Positions 56,391-64,000 of a DNA stretch of 64,000 nucleotides are shown here, in pieces. The stretch's first letter is position 1; each line of letters begins with the position of its first letter. Under the pieces are notes generated by a model. That model did not search any database and was not told where the DNA came from. It was given only the letters and a program-made list of their open reading frames with translations. Position numbers and translations under genes: made by a program. This DNA is from an uncultured bacterium (GTDB lineage: Bacteria > Patescibacteriota > Saccharimonadia > Saccharimonadales > Saccharimonadaceae): the NCBI GenBank assembly GCA_966095765.1, contig CBHTSZ010000002.1:32247-96246 (forward strand). The letters run 5' to 3'.

Positions 56391-56444
56391 GAGGGGTATT
56401 ATACCGCACGAAAAAAGTACAGGCGGTTTGCCTGTACTTTTTGG

Positions 56445-57353
56445 TTACACAGTTGGTGCGCCCGGAGGCGGTGGTGGTGGAGGTGGTACGTCACCACTTT
56501 GTACCGGCTGCTCATCTGGCGGCGGGCTGAGCGTTGGGTCGGCATCAATGCCCCCTGGAGTGTTCGGATCAAAGTTAGCGAGCTCTTGCTCGAGCGTCTG
56601 ACGTTCCTGGTCTGCAGTCTGGATGGTTGGTATCTGATCGGCGTCGAGACCGGCCTCTTTGGCCAGCTCTTTGTCGAGCAGCTGGTTGATATCAACTGGC
56701 TGAGTGGACGGATCGTTGAGTGGCTGGATGACGCGCGTCTTTATCGAAGCGGGCTTTGGCGTTGCGGTCGGAGGAGCCGGGGCAACAGCAGGCGCGGCTG
56801 GAGCTGGCGTTGGTACGGGAGCGGGTGCCGCTGGCGCAGGAGTAGGAGCGGTCACAGGTCGAGGTGGTACAGCAACGCTCGGTGCTGCTGCAGGAACAGT
56901 AGGTGCCGTGACTGGTGCAGCTGGCGCTGCGGGCGCAGGAGTAGGAGCAGGAGCAGGAGCTGGGGCTGCAGGTGCAGCTGCTTGGTTGTCCGCGAGTACC
57001 TCATGAACGACGCGGACGACGTCTTCGATACCGACCTGGGATTTGACCAGATAACGGTCTGCACCGAGTGATTCGCCGCGTTGGCGCTGCTCTTCTGAGC
57101 TCAGCGCGGTCATCATAATTACTTTGATATCTCGTGTTTCTGTCGTGGAGCGCAGGATGTCGAGCATGTCGAAACCGCTGATTTTTGGCATCATGACGTC
57201 ACTTACTATTAGCTGTGGACGTTCTTTGATGGCCATAGCCAAGGCTTCTTCGCCATCACCGGCCGAGACGATGTCATATCCTTCGGCAAGGAGGCGTACG
57301 CCATAGATCTCACGGAGGCTTTTGTCGTCTTCGACAAGCATAATCTTTGTCAT
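56445..57353 (-). CDS. response regulator: receiver domain + ~85-aa Pro/Ala repeat + unassigned C-terminal domain
   Basis: REC motifs (LVEDD, VSDVMMPKISG). AAPAAPAPAPAPTPAPAAPAAP... linker. No recognisable DNA-binding output domain. Confidence 0.8.
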   Translation of the reverse strand: MTKIMLVEDDKSLREIYGVRLLAEGYDIVSAGDGEEALAMAIKERPQLIVSDVMMPKISGFDMLDILRSTTETRDIKVIMMTALSSEEQRQRGESLGADRYLVKSQVGIEDVVRVVHEVLADNQAAAPAAPAPAPAPTPAPAAPAAPVTAPTVPAAAPSVAVPPRPVTAPTPAPAAPAPVPTPAPAAPAVAPAPPTATPKPASIKTRVIQPLNDPSTQPVDINQLLDKELAKEAGLDADQIPTIQTADQERQTLEQELANFDPNTPGGIDADPTLSPPPDEQPVQSGDVPPPPPPPPGAPTV

Positions 57354-57413
57354 ATTAAGCTCTATTGTAAAAACATATGCGTAAAAAAGCTATAGTTTTG
57401 TTTATCTATGTCA

Positions 57414-59228
57414 CTACTGGGCGCTTGACGGCTGCGTCGGGGTGCTTGGCGGTGCCGCCTGAGCAGGCGTTTGTGCCGCTGCCGGGGGCTGAGTCGGAGC
57501 CGCTTGAGCGGCTGGAGCTGGTGCTGGCTGTGGGCTCGGCGAAGCCGGAGTCTCAGGGGTTTCAACATGGGTTGGCGTTGCAGCGACCGTCGCAGGTTGT
57601 GTCGTTTGTTCAGCCTGAGCAGCCTGCTCGGCAGCCTCTTTCGAGATGCGCGGGAGGTCGATCGTAAAGGTGCTTCCCTCTCCGTAGACGCTTTCGACGT
57701 TTAGATGGCCGCCAAGGGCTTCTGAGAGGTGGCGTGCGAGGTAAAGACCGAGACCGGTGCCACCGATCTCGCGGGTGTCCGAGTTGTCGACGCGGTAAAA
57801 CTTTTGGAAGAGGTGTGGGAGATCTTCTGCCGGGATACCAATACCGGTGTCTTTGACAGAGACATATACGTGATCATTATCACCTGTCACATCCACTGTC
57901 ACAGTACCTTCTTTGGTGTATTTGATGGCGTTAGTGATGAGATTTGAGATGATCTCGTGCAGGTGGTCAACGTCAACGTTCGCATAAAAGATAGGTGTCA
58001 CCATTTGCCCGCCTTGTGAACTGGTATTTGGTCCGTAGACGATACTGAGACCCTTTTCGGCGAATTGCCCAGAAAAATCATCGAGCAAGCCGCGGACAAA
58101 GGTTGGGACATCTATAATCTTTGGGTTGTTAGCCATGCGGCCATCTTCGAGTTTTGAGATGTCGAGCAGATCCTGAAACAGGCGACCGAGGTGTTTGGCG
58201 GCTTCCTGAGCTTTGATGAGGTAGGTTCTCGCCTTTTCGTCGATCGTTGCCGTCGAAGGGTTGAGGGCAAGGCCTAGGTATCCCTCGATAGCAGCAACTG
58301 GCGTGCGCATCTCGTGGCTCGCGGTGCTGATGAACTCTGCCTGTTCGCGTTCCTCAGCGCGTTGTGCGGTAATGTCACGGAAGACTACGACAGATCCGGC
58401 GCCTGATTCGCTGAGCGGAGACGCCAGGATAGAAGCGAGCAGTTGCTTGCCGGAGGCGGTTCGGACCCCAAGCTTGTCGGTGATAACGCTCTGACGGGTA
58501 GAGAGGCACTGCTGGATCGGATCGAGGTTGCCTTCGACGATCTTGTTTGCGCTGTCGATGATCTTGAGTACTGAACGATAGTCGAGGCCGATAGCATCCT
58601 CGTTGCCCCATCCGATGATACGGAGGGCTGCAGGGTTGATGAGCTGGATGACGCCCTTTGTGTCGATCATGATGACTCCATCGGCGATAGCGTTCGTGAT
58701 GATCTCGGACTTGTTGGACTCCTGGTTGAGTTCCTGGGCAAGCTCAGAAACAGCCGCCGTTGATCGGTCCTGTGCTTGGAATCGTCGGCTCCAGATGAAG
58801 TAGCCGATGATGAGCGGAAGTATGATAACAATGCTAAAGGTCGTCCACTGTGACAAGGTAGTGGCATGCCCTAGCCATAGGTGGAGGCCGTAGCCAATCG
58901 CGGCGATACACATCGGGATAAATGAAGCAAAGCTCACGATTGCACCCAGAAGCGCAGCGACCACCCAGAGCGAGAGGTATGGTGACGAGAGTTCACCGGT
59001 GCTTTCGATACTGAGTAGCAGAGCGGCGCTCTGCAGAGCGATGACAACCGCAGTAACCCACGCGGTTGAACGCTGCCGCTCGGCGATAAGCGCCGCAGTT
59101 GATACGAGCGCTGTGATAACGAGGAGGACAAGCGCCTCAGGCGAGACGGTGAGTGCTTTGAGAGAGCCGTCATCAACGATATAGGTCGATGCAGTCCAGA
59201 TGCTCACGAGAAGAACACTCAAAAGCAA
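57414..59228 (-). CDS. sensor histidine kinase (multi-TM, PAS, HisKA, HATPase_c) with Pro/Ala/Gln-rich tail
   Basis: H-box STASHEMRTPV, N-box NLITNAIKYT, G-boxes DTGIGI and GGTGLGL. The TTG start at 59228 is uncertain because the frame stays open upstream without an ATG/GTG/TTG. Confidence 0.8.
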   Translation of the reverse strand: MLLSVLLVSIWTASTYIVDDGSLKALTVSPEALVLLVITALVSTAALIAERQRSTAWVTAVVIALQSAALLLSIESTGELSSPYLSLWVVAALLGAIVSFASFIPMCIAAIGYGLHLWLGHATTLSQWTTFSIVIILPLIIGYFIWSRRFQAQDRSTAAVSELAQELNQESNKSEIITNAIADGVIMIDTKGVIQLINPAALRIIGWGNEDAIGLDYRSVLKIIDSANKIVEGNLDPIQQCLSTRQSVITDKLGVRTASGKQLLASILASPLSESGAGSVVVFRDITAQRAEEREQAEFISTASHEMRTPVAAIEGYLGLALNPSTATIDEKARTYLIKAQEAAKHLGRLFQDLLDISKLEDGRMANNPKIIDVPTFVRGLLDDFSGQFAEKGLSIVYGPNTSSQGGQMVTPIFYANVDVDHLHEIISNLITNAIKYTKEGTVTVDVTGDNDHVYVSVKDTGIGIPAEDLPHLFQKFYRVDNSDTREIGGTGLGLYLARHLSEALGGHLNVESVYGEGSTFTIDLPRISKEAAEQAAQAEQTTQPATVAATPTHVETPETPASPSPQPAPAPAAQAAPTQPPAAAQTPAQAAPPSTPTQPSSAQ

Positions 59229-59394
59229 AGCGATCTCGGTGGTCCGCCGATACCAAAATGTCGTCAGTGAGAGGTTTGTTTCTATGATGCCCTTTCCTTT
59301 TCTGCTTACAGTATAGCAACAATAAGCGTCTTCCGTCCCAGTAAAAAAGGACCCCTCGCAGATGGTCCTTTTTTACTTCTTTTTTGTGCTTACG

Positions 59395-59646
59395 TTAGCG
59401 TGAGATGCTCAGTAGGTTCCAGGTAGAGCCAACACCTTCTTGCCTGAGGCGGAAGAGTGATTCGCCGTCTGATAGATCGAACAGGCGGATGATGTCACTG
59501 CCCTGCTTGATGCAAAAGCGTAGCCCCTCGTCGACAAAGTTGATGGTTCGTCCTTCGAACTCGATACGCTGAGGCACAGGTTCGAAGTTTCGCCCGAAGC
59601 GGATTGCGGTTACCGATACCGGCTTCTCGATAGTAGTTTTTGTCAT
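59395..59646 (-). CDS. hypothetical protein (83 aa)
   Basis: SD AAGGAG 6 nt before the ATG at 59646. No motif recognised. Confidence 0.55.
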   Translation of the reverse strand: MTKTTIEKPVSVTAIRFGRNFEPVPQRIEFEGRTINFVDEGLRFCIKQGSDIIRLFDLSDGESLFRLRQEGVGSTWNLLSISR

Positions 59647-59679
59647 AGCACGTCTCCTTGTGAGTAGGTAAAAAGATAT

Positions 59680-59869
59680 AAAAAAGACTGACATACCGTT
59701 TGAACTGTTAAACGTGTCAGTGAACGATTGGTGGAGATGGTACTACATGGATAAGGCGGGCTAGTCGTTCAAGTAGCTGCTAGTAACCGAGGTAGTAAGT
59801 GTGTAGCGCCTCAGCGCCGTGCGTAAAAGCTTGAGAGTGGAAAGGTGTTACCCAGTACTCACATAGCTA
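59680..59869 (-). ncRNA. candidate small RNA or terminator-containing 5' leader (~190 nt)
   Basis: Minus strand: TTACAG-N16-TATACT (plus coordinates 59876-59903). The transcript ends in hairpin ctgaca-cgttt/aaacg-tgtcag (59688-59720) followed by a T6 run, 34 nt before the next ATG. Confidence 0.4.
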
Positions 59870-59943
59870 ACCTTAAGTATAGCGGGGCGCGAGGCTCCTG
59901 TAAGTCTTGTTTTTCAAATATTTGAGTGTGAAAACGTTGTTAT

Positions 59944-61287
59944 TTATGGCAATCTGATGTAAACCGTCGTCCCCTTGCCCTCTTCGGACGTGAGCCATAG
60001 TTTACCACCATGCTGCTCGATGGTGTTTCGTGACATATAGAGGCCCATGCCGGTACCGTTTGCTTCTTGGGCGACAGCATTGCTGGCGCGGTAAAAGCCG
60101 GCAAAAACCTTCCCTTGCTCGGCCTTTGGTATGCCAATGCCGTGGTCGCGGATCGTGATGACATGAGCACCGTCTACGCGTTCGTGTCCGATCACGACGG
60201 CGGTGCCGTTCTTCGAGTACTTAATCGCGTTACTGATGAGGTTGTTGAGGACACGCTTCATGCGCTGAGCATCGCAGTCAATGAGGAGTTTTTTGGGCCA
60301 CTTGCGATCAAACTCGAGCGTTACGTCCTTTTGGGCGGCGGGAAGTTTTTGTGTGGCAAAGATACCTTCAAATACCTGACTGATATCTGTCGAGGTTTTG
60401 AGTAGCTCCTGCTTTCGCCCGGCTTGCCAGTTGGCGAGCTGGAGGATGTCCTCGATGGATTCTTGGAGGCGCAGCGTGCTGTCGTACATTGACTGGAGGG
60501 TATCGCGGCTCGCCTTTTCTAGCTTGGATCGCAGTAGCGATTCTTCGCCCCAGCGAATGCCGGTGAGCGGCGTCCGAAGTTCGTGCGAAGCGATAGATAC
60601 TAGCTCAGAGCGCATCCGGACACTTTCCTGGCGGCGCTTGCGCATCGTATCGAGGATGATAAAGATCGCCGCAAGGAGCAAGGCTGCTATGGCAGGTACG
60701 AGTGCAGCGGCGGTGATGACTGAATAGTATGCGGACGGAAGGATGCGCATCCCGATGACTGCTATCTGTTGGCCGGTGTTGTCAAAGACAGGGTTGATAA
60801 CGGAAAGTCGCGTATCGCTCTCTGTGATCGCAGGACCCTCGATAAATGGCTGACCACTGTAAAATGATGCCCTGAGCGCCTCATTCGTATCCTCGTACGG
60901 GTCACCGCTTTTTGCGCCCGGTGTGCCGGAATCGGCTAGATAGTACACGACATTTGTCTTGGTGGTTGCAAGTATATAGAGATCCTGGGCGTCATCGTTC
61001 ACGCTCTTTGTGATGAGGAGCTTGTTTCGTAGGTAGGCTTCGTTCTCTTTTGCCTGCCCGTCGCCGCTCCTAATCGACTCAACCCGGGCAGGATCGAGCA
61101 TCGTCGACATTGTCTCGACACGGTTCAGAAGCAGTTCGAGGTACTGGTGCCGGGCCAAAAAGATGGTCAGGATCATAAAAACCAATCCTGCAAGCAGCGT
61201 TAAGAGCACTTTTACTCGTGTTGTCACGAGCAAGGTACTCTGCTGGGTAAAAAGCTGTTTTGGTTTTTGTTTTTCAGTCTGTGTCAC
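59944..61287 (-). CDS. sensor histidine kinase (two TM, periplasmic-type sensor, HisKA, HATPase_c)
   Basis: H-box IASHELRTPL, NLISNAIKYS, DHGIGI, NGTGMGLY. Confidence 0.85.
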   Translation of the reverse strand: MTQTEKQKPKQLFTQQSTLLVTTRVKVLLTLLAGLVFMILTIFLARHQYLELLLNRVETMSTMLDPARVESIRSGDGQAKENEAYLRNKLLITKSVNDDAQDLYILATTKTNVVYYLADSGTPGAKSGDPYEDTNEALRASFYSGQPFIEGPAITESDTRLSVINPVFDNTGQQIAVIGMRILPSAYYSVITAAALVPAIAALLLAAIFIILDTMRKRRQESVRMRSELVSIASHELRTPLTGIRWGEESLLRSKLEKASRDTLQSMYDSTLRLQESIEDILQLANWQAGRKQELLKTSTDISQVFEGIFATQKLPAAQKDVTLEFDRKWPKKLLIDCDAQRMKRVLNNLISNAIKYSKNGTAVVIGHERVDGAHVITIRDHGIGIPKAEQGKVFAGFYRASNAVAQEANGTGMGLYMSRNTIEQHGGKLWLTSEEGKGTTVYIRLP

Positions 61288-61300
61288 GGTTGTTTAGGGG

Positions 61301-61681
61301 TTATGTTTCGAGTGGAACGTACTTCCTTGCGAGTTCAGCGATCAGGTCCAGTGAGATGTCGGCTTTCAGGATGTAGTCGTGGACGCCGAGACTGAGAGCT
61401 TCGTTGATAACGACGGTGTCGTAGGTGTTGGTGGCAAACGCTACTTCGAGCTTCTGGCCGCGCTCATCGGCGCGGAGTGCTTTGAGTACTGAAAGCCCAT
61501 CCATATCTGGCATTTTGTAATCCAGAAAGGTGAGCTGTGGCTGAAGTTCGAGTGCGAGCGCGAGGCCTTCCTGGCCGCCTGACGCTGTCTTTACGTCGTA
61601 ACCTTCTTCGGTGAGACGTTCACTGAGGGCGCGTCCGAGCAATGGTTCGTCGTCGATAACAAGTATTGTTGGTTTGTTCAT
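61301..61681 (-). CDS. single-domain (CheY-like) response regulator
   Basis: 127 aa, REC only (VIDDEP, DYKMPDMDG). Start reassigned to the ATG at 61681 after AGGAAAG. Confidence 0.8.
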   Translation of the reverse strand: MNKPTILVIDDEPLLGRALSERLTEEGYDVKTASGGQEGLALALELQPQLTFLDYKMPDMDGLSVLKALRADERGQKLEVAFATNTYDTVVINEALSLGVHDYILKADISLDLIAELARKYVPLET

Positions 61682-61794
61682 GATTTCTTTCCTGTACCTA
61701 TCATAGTCTCTTCGGTAGTGGCTTGGCAATGAAAATTGTCCAGAAACAGAAACACTGCGACTGAAATGTCGCAGTGTTTCTATGTGGCTGCACC

Positions 61795-63525
61795 TTATCG
61801 AGTGACCGTAAGGGTTGTGAGCGTGATAGTTTTGTCTACGAAAAGCCCTGTTGCGCCGCTCGTGTAAAGAACTGCGAGGCGGACCTTCCCTGGTTTTAGG
61901 TTTGAGACAGTGATGCTGTTGTAGGTGCTGCCTGGACAGACGGTAACTGCTTTGCTGCCGATGATGCTACCGGTTGCGAGATTCTTGACTCGTACCGTTC
62001 CCTGGACACAGACGCTACTCGGAGTTGCACCTGAGCGCAGCTTGATCGTTGCACTTGCGCGGTGCGTGCGGTTGTTGGCGTCAACTGGGTTTTTCGCGTA
62101 AGAGGCAGTGAGAGGCGTCGCAACTTTGGTGATCGTGAGATCGGGCATGCGCAGCTCCTGAACGACCTGGCGCTTTGAGGTTGTTTCGGCGTACACCTTG
62201 ACGATCGGCTTTACTACTCCGGTTTCCCAGTTTGTTGGACAGTAGGCTGACACGACAAAGGTAGGGTCGGTATTCGCAGGAATCGATGTGCTTCCACAGA
62301 GGTAGTTATTGCGGTTTGCGTTGTATACGTCGACGCGCCACAGTTTTACTTGGCCGACCATGTTCTGGGTGATCGAGATGTTTGCCTTTTTTGCGTGGTT
62401 CTCTACCCATGTTAGTTTTGCCGGGCTGCCTGTTGGCCAGAAGTACTTTGCCGAAACCATGTTGTCGCTCGTCTGTGCGGCTGTCGTAACGGCAACTGGA
62501 GTGCTGATGGTTGCTACCCTAGTCGTTACACCGACAGCAAGTTTCACGAGGGTGTAGTAGTAGGTTGTGCCTTCTGGCTGAGGGACGGTGACTTCGCCGC
62601 CCTTGAGTAGCTCGCCGCCGCTATTTTCGATAGGTGTGAGATATGAATGTGGCAGAACGTTGATTCGCTGGAAGTATGTTGGGTCAAAGCCGGATGACAT
62701 ACCTTCTGCTGCGGTCTTTGTTGCCAGGATAGCGTACGTGCCATAGGTTTCACTCCGAAGACCTTGGTCGCTTGGGTTTGAGTCTGTCCAGGCAATCGTG
62801 ACGTGGTTGCTGTCGCCGGCGATCGGTGCGGCCTTTACGACCTTTGGATACGCGAGTGTTGATACCTTGATCTCCGGACCTTGTGGCTGCCAGCTCGAGG
62901 CGCCAGTCTCGTCCGTGATGTTCTTTGCGGCACGGTAGTAGTAACTGGTCTCAGGTTGCAGGTTGTTGAGGTTTGGACCATTGTCACGATCTATGCGGCC
63001 GTAAATGCTTGCGTCGGCGCAGTACTCACACTGGGGCTGCGTAGGGTCGAGAACAACTGATTTTCTGTCGTATGCACCCGCTGGTTGGTTTGTTGTGTTG
63101 CTCTCTGCTGTAAAGGCGTTGACGCTACTGTCGAGGGCAACTTCCCAGCTTGCTGCATCAGTTGGGTTAGTGCTGCGCTCGATACGCCACCCTTCTGCGA
63201 GTAGAGGGGTTGGCGTTGTGTCATTGAGGCGTGCTGCCTCACCCTGTGCTGCTAACTTTACGTTCTGCTGGTCATAGGCCGTAATTTTAAAGTACGGTGA
63301 CTCAGGAGGTATGGCGATCGCAGCATCATTGCCGAGCGTTGCTTCGTCAGCAGCGTTGGACGTAAGCCCCTGCCAGATGCTTAATCCACCAAAGCCGATA
63401 CCGACAAGCGCGATAAATGCCGCGAGGCCTCCGAATACCTTTTGTTTCCGTGAAAAACCTTTTTTATTAGTACTACCAATCACGACAGGCTGAGTGTCGT
63501 TGGTCGTTTGTTGACTAGGGTCCAT
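61795..63525 (-). CDS. membrane-anchored surface protein with fibronectin-III-like repeats
   Basis: Start at ATG 63525 after GGGGAGAGGG. N-terminal TM (GGLAAFIALVGIGFGGLSIW). FN3-like strands (PETSYYYRAAK, GTTYYYTLVK). Confidence 0.65.
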   Translation of the reverse strand: MDPSQQTTNDTQPVVIGSTNKKGFSRKQKVFGGLAAFIALVGIGFGGLSIWQGLTSNAADEATLGNDAAIAIPPESPYFKITAYDQQNVKLAAQGEAARLNDTTPTPLLAEGWRIERSTNPTDAASWEVALDSSVNAFTAESNTTNQPAGAYDRKSVVLDPTQPQCEYCADASIYGRIDRDNGPNLNNLQPETSYYYRAAKNITDETGASSWQPQGPEIKVSTLAYPKVVKAAPIAGDSNHVTIAWTDSNPSDQGLRSETYGTYAILATKTAAEGMSSGFDPTYFQRINVLPHSYLTPIENSGGELLKGGEVTVPQPEGTTYYYTLVKLAVGVTTRVATISTPVAVTTAAQTSDNMVSAKYFWPTGSPAKLTWVENHAKKANISITQNMVGQVKLWRVDVYNANRNNYLCGSTSIPANTDPTFVVSAYCPTNWETGVVKPIVKVYAETTSKRQVVQELRMPDLTITKVATPLTASYAKNPVDANNRTHRASATIKLRSGATPSSVCVQGTVRVKNLATGSIIGSKAVTVCPGSTYNSITVSNLKPGKVRLAVLYTSGATGLFVDKTITLTTLTVTR

Positions 63526-63620
63526 AACCCTCTCCCCTCTACGTATTATTGACACAAGCATAATAGCCTGGCGTGTAAAGCGCAAGCAGACAGTTTGCGG
63601 AATGGCCTCCAGCGCACAGT

Positions 63621-63656
63621 AAAAATACGCCGGGTTATAGTATCCGGCGTATTTTC
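63621..63656 (-). terminator. intrinsic terminator
   Basis: aaaatacgccgg ... ccggcgtatttt 12-bp stem. A T-run follows on the minus strand. Confidence 0.7.
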
Positions 63657-63677
63657 TCGTCGCTGATAGTGACCTGT

Positions 63678-64000
63678 TTAGTACTTAACGTGGATACCAG
63701 TGGAGTAGTTTACCCCGTTGTAGTACATAAAGGCGTTTGTAAACGTGTAGCTGATATTGTTCGAGTAGATGGGACCAGCATAGTAGCGGTATTCGCCTGT
63801 ATCAGTGTCGATGAGGCGTGGTGCAGTAGGATTGGTCTTGTCGTAGACATCGACACGCATGCGCTTGACGACGCCGTATGCGCTACCGGTTGCGATGAGG
63901 AGGTAACATCGTTTCCTCGTCGAAGAGTTGTGCTTATAGACGACGAGCTTTGCAGGTCCTGTCGCACCGTTGAAGGCACCATTTACGCGTACAGGAGCCG
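63678..64000 (-). CDS. secreted/surface protein, C-terminal fragment (gene continues past the window end)
   Basis: The frame is open from base 64000 down to the stop at 63678 (...APVRVNGAFNGATGPAKLVVYKHN...NGVNYSTGIHVKY). The first Met in the ORF track is internal. Confidence 0.55.
   Translation of the reverse strand, partial: APVRVNGAFNGATGPAKLVVYKHNSSTRKRCYLLIATGSAYGVVKRMRVDVYDKTNPTAPRLIDTDTGEYRYYAGPIYSNNISYTFTNAFMYYNGVNYSTGIHVKY

Noticed and set aside
59760-59830. TPP (THI-box) riboswitch in the 59.7-59.9 kb leader: GCUGAGG ... ACCUCGGUUACUAGCAGC vaguely resembles CUGAGA ... ACCUGAUCUGGAUAAUGCCAGCG.
   Set aside because: The key CUGAGA and the GGGG/ACCC helices are not present. The downstream 83-aa ORF has no thiamine-related features. 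The match is too fragmentary.

Overview
The window is about 50% GC, densely coding (about 70 CDS), with no rRNA, tRNA, CRISPR array or transposase that I could recognise. Gene content fits a reduced-genome, Gram-positive-type bacterium. My inference, not a proof, is a Patescibacteria/CPR lineage such as Saccharibacteria.

Recognisable core genes:
- A compact dcw cluster: mraZ-rsmH-ftsL-ftsI-mraY-ftsW-murG-ftsQ.
- An F1Fo ATPase operon: atpF-H-A-G-D-C.
- topA, dprA, pth, der, rluB, rnhA and a PIF1-like helicase.
- A GH1 glycosidase and yvcK/HAD/galU-like genes.
- Two two-component systems, and an orphan VirD4/TraG-like ATPase.

Most unusual regions:
1. A roughly 5 kb islet at 48.05-53.1 kb. Each gap between topA, dprA, pth and the next gene holds one or more short, visibly GC-rich ORFs, apart from the dprA-proximal 450 bp, which carry the orphan RNA locus instead. 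Each ORF has its own sigma70-like promoter with 17-nt spacing, a long leader and a hairpin terminator. Three of them share a 5' leader stem with compensatory base changes, and they are separated by a repeated palindromic element. A promoter-to-terminator locus for an orphan structured RNA lies in the same islet. A seventh cassette of the same build is at 482-859.
2. A 10.8 kb co-directional surface-protein locus at 9275-20075. It encodes a 1570-aa Gly/Thr-rich giant protein, a PKD-domain membrane protein, a protein with DUF916/DUF3324-like architecture, and three secreted paralogs. Together this resembles the WxL/Csc cell-surface-complex loci of Firmicutes.
3. The ATPase operon has no a or c subunit gene in the window. 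It is instead headed by an unrelated membrane protein.

Other observations: many genes appear leaderless, with a -10 box 6-8 nt before the ATG. Phased GTGGGTA (MraZ-box-like) repeats overlap the dcw promoter. Three perfect DnaA-box 9-mers all lie in intergenic DNA. A 700-bp non-coding gap follows ftsQ. A terminator-ended RNA or leader lies at about 59.7-59.9 kb.

All functional calls come from motifs read by eye. No database search or computation was run.
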